Virus genome (UHGV): UHGV-0277504
DNA: 64,000 nucleotides
Source: a virus
Reading direction: 5' to 3' (one strand)
A program made the position numbers and the translations under genes. Below the pieces are notes generated by a model. The model was not told the origin of the DNA, made no database searches, and saw only the letters and a list, made by a program, of their open reading frames with translations. Below, piece after piece: positions 47,337 to 56,698 of this stretch (position 1 is the first letter of the stretch; each line of letters starts with the position of its first letter).

Positions 47337-47605
47337 TCTCCTTTTTTAATATCTTTATGAAGTTTTTTTAACTCCGATATTTCTTCTTCAAGTTCTTTAA
47401 TTTGAGATACACTCGATGTTGATGATTCTAATGCTTCTTTTTCATGGTTTTTTAATTCAATCTCATAGTCAACCATTTTTAATCTCTTATTAATTTCTCT
47501 TTTCTCTATTTCTTTCCTTACATACTCAAATAGCTTAGTTGCTCCAATAATTATACCTAGTATGATTACTACAAAAATTAAAGCAACTAATAGTAACCAA
47601 GCCAT
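47333..47605 (-). CDS. small membrane-anchored coiled-coil protein (possible SPFH partner)
   Basis: overlapping start/stop with SPFH gene. Confidence 0.45.
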   Translation of the reverse strand: MAWLLLVALIFVVIILGIIIGATKLFEYVRKEIEKREINKRLKMVDYEIELKNHEKEALESSTSSVSQIKELEEEISELKKLHKDIKKGE

Positions 47606-47673
47606 ATACCTAACCTACTTTCTTCTCTTTAACTATTCTTGTTTAAGTTTATCTTTTTGTTCAGGTGTTAACA

Positions 47674-50010
47674 TTAACTATCTCTCCAAACTTGATTTAT
47701 TTCATTATGAGTTCTTCCTGTTTCATTTTTTGCAAATTCTTCTTGCATTTTTCTTAAAGTGATAATATCTGTATTCTTAAGTTCTTTTCTAGTTAAATTA
47801 GAATAATCACGAACCCAGTAATAAAAAGCTCTTAAACTTTCGTTTTCTTGTAAAATTCTTTGAATAGGTCGTCTATCATTACCTTTAGCTAAGCTTTCTA
47901 CGATACCTCTCATGTATTTCCAGTCATTATAGTACTTAGATTTATACTTAAACATAAAACCATTTGAATCTTCAAATACATATCCTTCATGTTTAATATC
48001 TAAAGAGTTATGATTATTCTTATACCAATCATAAAACTCTACCCAAGTATCGAACATAAGAGACCATGATTTAAAAGGTACTCCGATAGATAAAGCAAAT
48101 GTATAAGTATTGGAATAACTTTCTTTTTTGAATTCTAAAGTATTATGAATAATATCTAATAAAACGATATGACTTTTATCATATTCAATGATATGTGGGT
48201 CGTTTTCAATATCAATAACTTCAAACACTAAAGTTCTATCATGTTCTTTAAGATACTTAACGATTGTTTCTACTTGAATATCATCAAACTGCTTATCAAA
48301 TAAATCTTTAAACCATAGAGCATAATCATTATTATGCTTACTTAAATGTGTTTTTGATTTACTACAAAAGACTAAATCATCAATGTTAGAATCAAAGTAA
48401 ACTAAACCTAAATAACCATTCTCTTTTTTATAACCATATAACGGAAATTTAATAATATCAGGTAATGCATCTAATTTTGTCTCAGGTCTTTCATTAATAT
48501 TGAAAAATTTATTATAACCTCTACCTAAAATTTTATTTACTAGAGTATCAATAAATAATCCTCTAGCACTTACTGTTAATTGGTTCCATCTTTTTTTATC
48601 AAATGCTTTTTTAGTAAAGTTAACAGATACTACATAATTGTACTGTTCAATGACTTTGATAGATTTTTTCTCTTCTTTAGCTAAATTTAAATATTTATCT
48701 ACTGTTAAATCTTTATCAATTGATTTTAAATAGTCTTCATTAACTAAGAACTTATGATTAAATTTTTCATTTTTAATTAATACAGGGTCGATACTATTAT
48801 TACTGTTAATCGTTACTGCTCTTAAGTAACCACCTTTTTCGACTCTACCTTCTAGATTAATAGAATTTTTTGTTAAATCTAAACGTTCACGATATAAATT
48901 TCTATGACCGTGAATCTGAATAACTGAACTATCTTTCCATTTACTGTCTACATCAAATTCATAACTACCTACACCATTAATAAGTTGATGTGTTGATACT
49001 TTATTTAAATTATCTAACATATTAGGTAAGATACCACCATGATTAATAACATAGTATTGTCCTCTATAATTAAAGTATAGAACTTGTTGTAAGTTTCTTA
49101 AAATAGCACGTACTCGTTTAGGTGTAATACCATTATCAAGGAAAGATTTTAACGTGTAAACAAAACCTCTAGCTTTAAATACATCTAAGACTAATTTAAA
49201 TAACTTACTAAAGTCATCACTCACTTTATGAAGCTCTTCATACGTATCTGTATCTAAGTGAGCATACCTACGTAAATGTCTTTCATGATTACCTTCTAAT
49301 AATTCTACATTGTCTAAGTTATGGATAAGTTCTAAATAATCAAAAGTTTCTTTAGGTTCTAAACCTCTATCAAAATAATCTCCTACAAAAATAAATAATT
49401 CATTAGGGTGGTCTACAATGTAGTTGTAACTAGCAAATTCATTTAAAGCTGTGAAACAAGAATGTACATCACCGATAACATGAATTTTATCATAATGATT
49501 TACTTCCATAAAATCTTTATCCCACTCAAGAGAACTTAATACTTCTTCAGGTTTTAATTCTTTTGCAACACTAGGAATATGTTCATGTTGTAGTCTTTCA
49601 TAAATATTCTCAATAACTTCTACAGGAACTTGTTTTAATTTTTCCCTTTGGTTATTACGTTCAATTAATGTATCTAAGTCTTCTTCTAAGGTTACTACAT
49701 AAACACGATAACCGTATACTTTAGCTAACTTCTCATATCGTTTAATTAACTTACCTGTAGAGTGTGTAGCATCAATTACAGTAAATTCACCATTACTCAT
49801 ACGATTTTCTAAAATTTCAAATAATGTTTTCCAAACTAGATTATCTTTATCTTGAGTAATCGCTATTCTACCTTCTTCATTATAGATAGGTGAACCGAAT
49901 TGTAATCTTAAAGTGTCTGGACTTAATGTGTAATTTTCTAGTCCTTTCTCTTTAATAAAAGTAGATTTACCTACACCTGGTACACCTCTCATTAATAATA
50001 ATTGTTTCAT
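47674..50010 (-). CDS. polynucleotide kinase - metallophosphoesterase - ligase fusion (bacterial Pnkp-like RNA repair enzyme)
   Basis: P-loop GVPGVGKST; calcineurin-like GDVHSC / GDYFDRG / GNHE; C-terminal nucleotidyltransferase motifs KENGYLG (I), LVFEVID (III), HEGYVFED (IV), FKYKSK (V). Confidence 0.7.
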   Translation of the reverse strand: MKQLLLMRGVPGVGKSTFIKEKGLENYTLSPDTLRLQFGSPIYNEEGRIAITQDKDNLVWKTLFEILENRMSNGEFTVIDATHSTGKLIKRYEKLAKVYGYRVYVVTLEEDLDTLIERNNQREKLKQVPVEVIENIYERLQHEHIPSVAKELKPEEVLSSLEWDKDFMEVNHYDKIHVIGDVHSCFTALNEFASYNYIVDHPNELFIFVGDYFDRGLEPKETFDYLELIHNLDNVELLEGNHERHLRRYAHLDTDTYEELHKVSDDFSKLFKLVLDVFKARGFVYTLKSFLDNGITPKRVRAILRNLQQVLYFNYRGQYYVINHGGILPNMLDNLNKVSTHQLINGVGSYEFDVDSKWKDSSVIQIHGHRNLYRERLDLTKNSINLEGRVEKGGYLRAVTINSNNSIDPVLIKNEKFNHKFLVNEDYLKSIDKDLTVDKYLNLAKEEKKSIKVIEQYNYVVSVNFTKKAFDKKRWNQLTVSARGLFIDTLVNKILGRGYNKFFNINERPETKLDALPDIIKFPLYGYKKENGYLGLVYFDSNIDDLVFCSKSKTHLSKHNNDYALWFKDLFDKQFDDIQVETIVKYLKEHDRTLVFEVIDIENDPHIIEYDKSHIVLLDIIHNTLEFKKESYSNTYTFALSIGVPFKSWSLMFDTWVEFYDWYKNNHNSLDIKHEGYVFEDSNGFMFKYKSKYYNDWKYMRGIVESLAKGNDRRPIQRILQENESLRAFYYWVRDYSNLTRKELKNTDIITLRKMQEEFAKNETGRTHNEINQVWRDS

Positions 50011-50027
50011 AATTACCTCTCCTTTTA

Positions 50028-50291
50028 TTATTTAATACTAATAAATTCTATACTGTTTAAAGGTACCCAAACATCGTCTTCTGTTGAATTACTTGCAAAA
50101 AATAGTGAAAATGTATCAGCGTCACAGTTTTTTAACAACTTAATAAGACTATCTCTCTCTTCAATTGAAACATTAATATCCATATATTTCCCACTTTTTA
50201 GAGCTACTGTGACTTTATATTGTTTTTCTTCTTTAAAATTTTCCATATTATTCATTGAAATATCTCCTTTATTTTTTGATATATACATCAT
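50028..50291 (-). CDS. hypothetical protein
   Basis: ORF track. Confidence 0.45.
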   Translation of the reverse strand: MMYISKNKGDISMNNMENFKEEKQYKVTVALKSGKYMDINVSIEERDSLIKLLKNCDADTFSLFFASNSTEDDVWVPLNSIEFISIK

Positions 50292-50616
50292 ATTTAGTGT
50301 CTAATTCTCTATGACCTGTTATGAAATAAATTTTACTTTTCTTTGATACTGTATATGTTGTTTTCTTTATATAACTTTTATTACTCTCATGTGCTTTTAC
50401 GTCAACAGAAGATACTGATGCTATTTCATTGAATTGTTCTGCTGAAATTACTGATACATTTTTATCTTTTAAAGCTACTTCTTTAGGTAAAATAATAGTT
50501 ACTCCTATTAGTAAAATACCTATAAATCCTAAAAATTCAAAACTTTTTTTTCTCTTTTTTATCCCTACGTACCATGATACTACTGTTAGAACTAAAATAA
50601 TAAAATAAAAAATCAT
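50269..50616 (-). CDS. membrane protein
   Basis: ORF track. Confidence 0.45.
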   Translation of the reverse strand: MIFYFIILVLTVVSWYVGIKKRKKSFEFLGFIGILLIGVTIILPKEVALKDKNVSVISAEQFNEIASVSSVDVKAHESNKSYIKKTTYTVSKKSKIYFITGHRELDTKYDVYIKK

Positions 50617-50669
50617 AATTTACCTCCTTTAACTTAACTATAAACTATAATAACTTTTTTGTCAAGTAA

Positions 50670-51239
50670 TTATTTAAATTCTGATAAATCTTTATGTACT
50701 TCGGTAGGTTCTAGGTAGTATTTTTTAGCTGTTTTAGTTATGCCTATTAGTTTATCATTTGTGTTATCTTTATCTACAATCAAACTATTAATTTGCTCTT
50801 GTATAATATTTTTCGTATTAGGGTTCTTTGTTTTAATTTTACTTATTTCTTTTTCATAAATTTTAATTTGAATATCATTACGTTTTTTGATTAAAGGTCT
50901 AACTTCTTTATTTAACTTACGTTTAATAAAATCACTAATATCATCTCTAGTATCCTTTATAGATTCCCAATCAGCTTCATTATCACTCATAATAGTAATA
51001 ATATTTAAGTGTTTATCAATAACAAGTTTATGCTCTTTAAATACATAAACTTCTCGACCCTTTTCTTGTTGTGTGACATAAGTAGCTTTATTTAAAGCTT
51101 TGGCTACCCACTCTTTTGCTTTTTCACGTGATGAATTTTCTACCCTCATTAAAAATCTTTCATAAGCATGGTTAGTTATATTCACATGCTTACTAAGTAT
51201 AGGTTTTTTTCTTTCCACTATATTTAGCATGTTTAACAT
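50670..51239 (-). CDS. hypothetical protein
   Basis: ORF track. Confidence 0.5.
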   Translation of the reverse strand: MLNMLNIVERKKPILSKHVNITNHAYERFLMRVENSSREKAKEWVAKALNKATYVTQQEKGREVYVFKEHKLVIDKHLNIITIMSDNEADWESIKDTRDDISDFIKRKLNKEVRPLIKKRNDIQIKIYEKEISKIKTKNPNTKNIIQEQINSLIVDKDNTNDKLIGITKTAKKYYLEPTEVHKDLSEFK

Positions 51240-51322
51240 CTCCTTATTTGTTATGTCTTAATGATACTATAATTTATATTAGATGTCAATACTTTTTATA
51301 AAAAAAGAAGTGTAGTTTTATA

Positions 51323-51646
51323 CTACACTTCATCTACTACGTTTTGTGCTTCTTTAAACATTGTATCTTCTAAGTTATAAATCTCACTTAAAGTAAATTG
51401 CAATGTGTCACTAATTCTAGATAGTGCAATTCTTTCAGTAACTTTAATATTTAATTTAGTAAAATGTTGTTTTACTAGTCCGTTATCTGTTTCTAATACC
51501 GTATCTCCATTAACTTTAATTACAAATTCGTTATTATCTTTGAGTAGTCGTAATGAACCTACATCAAAAGATTCTAACAATTTAACAATACTATTTAAAA
51601 TACTTAATTCTGATTCTTTTAATACTGATAATTTTTCATTATTCAT
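51323..51646 (-). CDS. hypothetical protein
   Basis: ORF track. Confidence 0.5.
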   Translation of the reverse strand: MNNEKLSVLKESELSILNSIVKLLESFDVGSLRLLKDNNEFVIKVNGDTVLETDNGLVKQHFTKLNIKVTERIALSRISDTLQFTLSEIYNLEDTMFKEAQNVVDEV

Positions 51647-51649
51647 ATA

Positions 51650-52150
51650 TTAATTCACTCCTTCTTTGTAATGAATTGAATAGCCTTCTACTTGAGATAA
51701 TAAGAATTCTAAATCTACAGTTGAGTCATGTTCTTTAAACTCGATTAAAAATGTATTATTTCTATCACTTTTAAATGCATGTTTGAATTTATTAATCTCA
51801 TTTTCTAAACTATAAACATCATTTTTATTTACTTTAATAACTTTACCACTCTTCAAGTTGATAACGAGTTCGGTTGGTCTTTTAATGATGTCAGCATATG
51901 TTTCTATTTCTCTCTTTTGTTTTTCGTGATACTGAATTACTAACGTTAAATCAGAACCTTTTAGACCTTCCTTATTAAAGTTAGCATTTAAGTCATTACC
52001 ATTAGATAATGTGACATGATTGTCTAGTTTTCTACTTTCTCTAATAATTAAGTCCTCATCTTGTAAATGAATAATGATACTTCCTTTACGTACTTCATAA
52101 TTATATCCATACTGGCTTAACTTATCTTCAATTAAATCTTGATACAACAT
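51650..52150 (-). CDS. hypothetical protein
   Basis: ORF track. Confidence 0.5.
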   Translation of the reverse strand: MLYQDLIEDKLSQYGYNYEVRKGSIIIHLQDEDLIIRESRKLDNHVTLSNGNDLNANFNKEGLKGSDLTLVIQYHEKQKREIETYADIIKRPTELVINLKSGKVIKVNKNDVYSLENEINKFKHAFKSDRNNTFLIEFKEHDSTVDLEFLLSQVEGYSIHYKEGVN

Positions 52151-52210
52151 TATTTTTTCAGTTCCTTTCTTATAAGAAAAACAAGAAAGGTTTATATTAA
52201 GGTTGATAAA

Positions 52211-53443
52211 CTATATGTTTACCCTTATTAATAATGGTTTACTACAAACCTCTACAAGGTTTGAGAATAACTTCTCATTCCATGCTTCTTGTTTTTCTAA
52301 ATATTTTCTTAATATATTTAAACTACCATTTAAGTCTGCATTAATTAACTTTCCTTCTTTACTCTTATACAATCCTCTTTTAACTCTTTTACCAGAGAAT
52401 GTAACTATATTCTTTTTAGAATCCCATATAGGTATTTCATCTAAATCAAGAAAACTAGATTTACTAGTATAAGATTCTTCCTGTAGAATGATATTGATTC
52501 CTTTTTCTTTACATTTATAAGTAAGTATTTGTATAAGTGTATAAAATGGAATTTGAATAAAAGTCTGTTTACTAGATTTTCTCATTGTTGTGTCTTGTTT
52601 CCACCCTTTGTTATAGCCTATGACTAAGGTATTAACTTGGTTTGAAACTAGTTGATTCACAACATAATGAGTAGACTTATGAAAGTAATCTTTTACTTTA
52701 TTCATTCTTTTCCTGTGAATACTACATAGTCTATGACTAGACTTTTGTCTATTCAATTTCCAAAGCAACTTTTTGTTTCTTGCTAATAACTTATTATAAT
52801 AAACATTCATGCTTTTAATTGGTTTACCATTAATAATAAATGGAGTAAATACGTTAGATGATACAGTCATTAAGTTATTAATTCCTAAATCTATACTAGC
52901 ATATCTACCATTATCTTTTTTCTTTTCTTTTATAAGTTTATTATACCCTATCTCAAAAACAATATGATTACCTTTAGGAATAATCCTAACAAATTGAACT
53001 TCTTCTTTAGTTAAGTTTGTTTTAATAAAAATATTTGTTTTTGATAAGTGGATATAGCCTTTACGTTTAACAAAAGAAATAGCTTTCTTTTCGTAATGTA
53101 CAATTTGTTTTCCATTCTCAGTATCTAAATATTTAGGTATTCTTGCAAAATACCCTTTCCTTCTTAAATTGAAAAAAGATTTAAAATTTTTATCTACTAA
53201 CCTTTGTGTACATTTAGATACTTTAGCAGGCAAAGCTCTATAGTCTGTATTATTAGAATGAGTAAACTGTTTATTAACATCATAATACCTTAGATACTTT
53301 TTATTTTTAAAGTAATACTGTCTTACTGCATAAAGTGTAGCATTATAAAGGTTTTTACTTAAAAAACATAAGTTATCTGCTTCTTTATATCTATTATCTT
53401 GTGTTGTTATTTGATGTTGTTCTACTCTAGTTTCATACTTCAT
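52211..53443 (-). CDS. TnpB-like (IS605 OrfB / RuvC-fold) protein without zinc-finger cysteines; no flanking IS ends or TnpA
   Basis: RuvC-I IDLGINN; EESYTSK box (normally precedes CxxC, here followed by SSF, no Cys); RuvC-III-like NADLNGSLNILRK; typical N-terminal region; ATGA-coupled 16-codon upstream ORF. Confidence 0.65.
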   Translation of the reverse strand: MKYETRVEQHQITTQDNRYKEADNLCFLSKNLYNATLYAVRQYYFKNKKYLRYYDVNKQFTHSNNTDYRALPAKVSKCTQRLVDKNFKSFFNLRRKGYFARIPKYLDTENGKQIVHYEKKAISFVKRKGYIHLSKTNIFIKTNLTKEEVQFVRIIPKGNHIVFEIGYNKLIKEKKKDNGRYASIDLGINNLMTVSSNVFTPFIINGKPIKSMNVYYNKLLARNKKLLWKLNRQKSSHRLCSIHRKRMNKVKDYFHKSTHYVVNQLVSNQVNTLVIGYNKGWKQDTTMRKSSKQTFIQIPFYTLIQILTYKCKEKGINIILQEESYTSKSSFLDLDEIPIWDSKKNIVTFSGKRVKRGLYKSKEGKLINADLNGSLNILRKYLEKQEAWNEKLFSNLVEVCSKPLLIRVNI

Positions 53444-53568
53444 TTTTCTAAATTTTTACTTTCCTTATTTAATTCAGACTTTTTTAACATAATACTTATC
53501 TCCTTTCTTATTTATAGTATAGCATAAACTAAGAAAAAAGACAAGTATTTATTTGTTTTTTTTACAGT

Positions 53569-53931
53569 TTATTTAAACTGATTTTCCACCTTTTTCTTTA
53601 TTAAATTATCTATATCAGGTTCATTAAATGATTTAATAATGTATCTACCTTTTTTGTTAAAAATAACATCAAAGAAACCATCATCTTGTAACCTAATAAC
53701 TGCTTCAATATTAAACTGCTTTAACTTCTTAAATATTTCTGTTGTCATAGGAGCCTCAAAAACAAAAACTACATCTTTATTTTTTTGTTTATTAACATGT
53801 TTTTTATTGAAGTTTGTAATACTACCATAACATAATTTATTTTTCTTGTCAATACCTTTAAAGTATTTTTTCATAGAATCATTTAAGTATGGTTCTTCTT
53901 GTTTTTTATACGGAAATGCTACTATAATCAT
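53569..53931 (-). CDS. hypothetical protein
   Basis: ORF track. Confidence 0.5.
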   Translation of the reverse strand: MIIVAFPYKKQEEPYLNDSMKKYFKGIDKKNKLCYGSITNFNKKHVNKQKNKDVVFVFEAPMTTEIFKKLKQFNIEAVIRLQDDGFFDVIFNKKGRYIIKSFNEPDIDNLIKKKVENQFK

Positions 53932-54209
53932 CTTCTATATCCTTTCAAATATAATATCTTATGAAAATACTCTATTGCTCTGTGTGCTTTAGCTATTGTT
54001 GTAGCGTACTCTAATAATTCATTTTCTGATAGAGGTTTTTCTGTATCTCTTTTTATATCTGCTACTAAGTTTACTTTATCTAAACCATCATCATAAATAA
54101 CAGGAGCATATTCTAAATCACAATCTACTGTAGCTATTATTTGCTCTCCTGCTTTTTCTACTTTCAATCTAAACTCTCTATAGTAATCTTCAAACACAAC
54201 TTCACTCAT
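53928..54209 (-). CDS. hypothetical protein
   Basis: ORF track. Confidence 0.45.
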   Translation of the reverse strand: MSEVVFEDYYREFRLKVEKAGEQIIATVDCDLEYAPVIYDDGLDKVNLVADIKRDTEKPLSENELLEYATTIAKAHRAIEYFHKILYLKGYRR

Positions 54210-54384
54210 CTGTATACCTTCTCCTTAAATCAATATATCCTGACTTTTCTCTAATATGTTTTAATCGTTGTAGTTTCTGTTCTCTTGTCAGGTTAGACCT
54301 ATACGGTTCTGATTTTTTGTTTTTAAATCTTTTTTTAGTATTCGTATCTTTACTTTCTTGTTGCATCTTCTCTAAGAAATTCAT
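54202..54384 (-). CDS. small basic protein
   Basis: ORF track. Confidence 0.4.
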   Translation of the reverse strand: MNFLEKMQQESKDTNTKKRFKNKKSEPYRSNLTREQKLQRLKHIREKSGYIDLRRRYTDE

Positions 54385-54412
54385 AACAAACCTCCTCTTT
54401 TGTTATAGTAAC

Positions 54413-54452
54413 ATAAAAGCAAAAAACAGTCAATACTTTTTAGTATCGACTG
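54413..54452 (-). terminator. rho-independent terminator (minus)
   Basis: CAGTCGATACT...AGTATTGACTG + T-tract on minus. Confidence 0.5.
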
Positions 54453-54520
54453 CTTAAAAAAAGGATAATTCCTATAGCTATGAATATAACTACTACCAAA
54501 AAACTCACGGTATCCCTCCT

Positions 54521-54904
54521 CTATTTTACTTTTTCTCCTTTAGGTACGAATCTATATATGTGTACTCGGTTACCGTCATCATCTTTTGAGTATACTCTAA
54601 TGAGTGTAAATTCTTTAGCTTCTTTAAATCTACTAGTTTTAAACACGGTTGTATCTACACTATTATCTGTTGTTCTCCCAGGAATATACGTAGGTAAGTC
54701 TTCTGTGAAATAGACTTTATTGTCTTTAATATGGTCTTTTGTGAAATCACCTATTTCTTCTACTTTCTCTCCTTTAACTTCTGAAGACTGTTTTGTAAAG
54801 TGTTCCGTATCTTTACCTTGAATGTTAATTGTTGTAATGTAAATACTCATAGAAAGAATTAAAATAATAATAGCTACAATATAACCTTTATTTAATCTAT
54901 CCAT
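54521..54904 (-). CDS. membrane-anchored protein
   Basis: ORF track. Confidence 0.5.
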   Translation of the reverse strand: MDRLNKGYIVAIIILILSMSIYITTINIQGKDTEHFTKQSSEVKGEKVEEIGDFTKDHIKDNKVYFTEDLPTYIPGRTTDNSVDTTVFKTSRFKEAKEFTLIRVYSKDDDGNRVHIYRFVPKGEKVK

Positions 54905-54968
54905 TTCTACTTATTCCCTTCTATAATAAAATAGCTTTCTCTTATGTAATATAAGAGAAAGCACAAAC

Positions 54969-55670
54969 TTAAATACTATTCATAATAAATACACATTTAT
55001 CTACAAGAGGACAATAAACCATACTCTCAGAATCATCTAACATATCTTTTAATTTAAGATAATGCTTAAGATAACTATCAGGATTAGCTAAATCTTTATA
55101 CCTAACTAAGCAATCATCAATTTTAAGTTCTATATCTTTTTTACTTACGATTTCTAATTGAGTTACTTCTTCACTAGAAGTTAATATATAACCTTTCTCT
55201 ATAACTTCATCTGATACATCTTCAACTTTTACATTATTTTTAATATCTTCCACTAGTTGATACTGGTCGTAATTGTAATCATCAGATTTAATTCTAAATA
55301 AAGGTTCTATTACCCTAGCTCTTTCAAGAATACTAATTGGTGCACTGTTTTTATGTTTATTATATAGGTACTCATTTTCTGTTATTCTTTCTTTTGATAA
55401 CCCAATATAATGACCTGTTGGTGTTCCAAATTTCTCTTCTAAATCTGGAGTTACAGTAGCAATCATAAGCGTATCATAATTAACTTCAGTACCTATTACT
55501 TTGTAATTACTTACTACATTTTCTAAACCTTCTAAATCTAATAAGGAATGTTTAAGCTCTTCTAATGTATAACCTGATTCTATATTCTTTATTTGTGTAT
55601 TTTCTTCATTATTAGGAGAACCATAATGTTCTTTATTCCTCATCTCATTTAATTTATCTGAAAAACTCAT
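54969..55670 (-). CDS. hypothetical protein
   Basis: ORF track. Confidence 0.5.
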   Translation of the reverse strand: MSFSDKLNEMRNKEHYGSPNNEENTQIKNIESGYTLEELKHSLLDLEGLENVVSNYKVIGTEVNYDTLMIATVTPDLEEKFGTPTGHYIGLSKERITENEYLYNKHKNSAPISILERARVIEPLFRIKSDDYNYDQYQLVEDIKNNVKVEDVSDEVIEKGYILTSSEEVTQLEIVSKKDIELKIDDCLVRYKDLANPDSYLKHYLKLKDMLDDSESMVYCPLVDKCVFIMNSI

Positions 55671-55702
55671 ATGTTACACACCTACAATTCTACTACAATT
55701 TC

Positions 55703-56143
55703 TTATTCCTCTTGTTCATCATTAAGTGCTTCTTCTTTAGAACCTGTTTTTCTCTCTACATTATATAAGTCTAAAATATAGTACAAACCATTTTTATGAA
55801 TATTATACTTCTTATAAATATCTTCTACATTCATAAAATGATAATCTTTGATAAGTTGTTTTGTTTTTTCTACATCATTTAATACGTGAGCTACTCTCTC
55901 AGAAACTCTAGATTTCTTGTTTCTTTTCTCTACTTTATAACTGTTAATTACTGAGTAAATCATACCTGTACTTACTTTAACTGCTTTTGAGATTTCTTTA
56001 AACGGTGCTCCTTCTTCATATAAAGTAACGATTTGTTGCTCTTTAATTGTGTTGAATCTTTTATCTTTCTTTAAAGGTGTAAATTCTTTTTTATTTTCTG
56101 TACCTAAAATCTTCTCTTCTTCTTTATTTAATGAAATAAACAT
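55703..56143 (-). CDS. HTH-containing protein (possible regulator or terminase small-subunit-like)
   Basis: EQQIVTLYEEGAPFKEISKAVKVSTGMIYSVIN HTH-like. Confidence 0.45.
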   Translation of the reverse strand: MFISLNKEEEKILGTENKKEFTPLKKDKRFNTIKEQQIVTLYEEGAPFKEISKAVKVSTGMIYSVINSYKVEKRNKKSRVSERVAHVLNDVEKTKQLIKDYHFMNVEDIYKKYNIHKNGLYYILDLYNVERKTGSKEEALNDEQEE

Positions 56144-56185
56144 ATAAAAAACTCCTTTTGTTTTGATACTTATATTATACTACAC

Positions 56186-56674
56186 TTAATCATTATTGTC
56201 AATATCTTTTACTAAAGTTAACTCACTTTCTTTAAATACCTTATCGTATTCACCTGTTAGCTTATAAAAGTAACTGTTGTTATCAGTTAGTACTTCTGTA
56301 ATCCTAGCAACATCTTTACTTGAATTTTCATTTAATAGATTAAATCGTTCATACTCTACAATATCATTAACTTTAAATTTATTGTCTGTTACATTAAATT
56401 CTTCATCTAAGTAAACATTAAATGTAATAAGAGCATTAATAGAAATATTATAAGGCACCCAATACCTATTATAAAAAGTTGTTTCTTTTCTAATATCTCT
56501 TGATATTTCTGTCATCTGGTGTCTACCAGGATTAAGTCTTACAAGGATTGTTCCTTGGTCTCCTTGTTCTAGTCTTAATACTTTACCATCTACTAGGTAA
56601 TGAATAATATCTGTTAAATTTTCAATTGGTAGTGCTTCTTTTACTGGTTGTATATTAATCGGATTGACTTCCAT
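56186..56674 (-). CDS. hypothetical protein
   Basis: ORF track. Confidence 0.5.
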   Translation of the reverse strand: MEVNPINIQPVKEALPIENLTDIIHYLVDGKVLRLEQGDQGTILVRLNPGRHQMTEISRDIRKETTFYNRYWVPYNISINALITFNVYLDEEFNVTDNKFKVNDIVEYERFNLLNENSSKDVARITEVLTDNNSYFYKLTGEYDKVFKESELTLVKDIDNND

Positions 56675-56698
56675 AATTTACCTCACTCACTTTACACA

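Noticed and set aside
52150-53570. Complete IS605/IS200 element around the TnpB-like gene
   Set aside because: No TnpA (HuH Y1) ORF and no subterminal hairpin ends are recognisable. The flanking genes are ordinary phage ORFs in the same operon.
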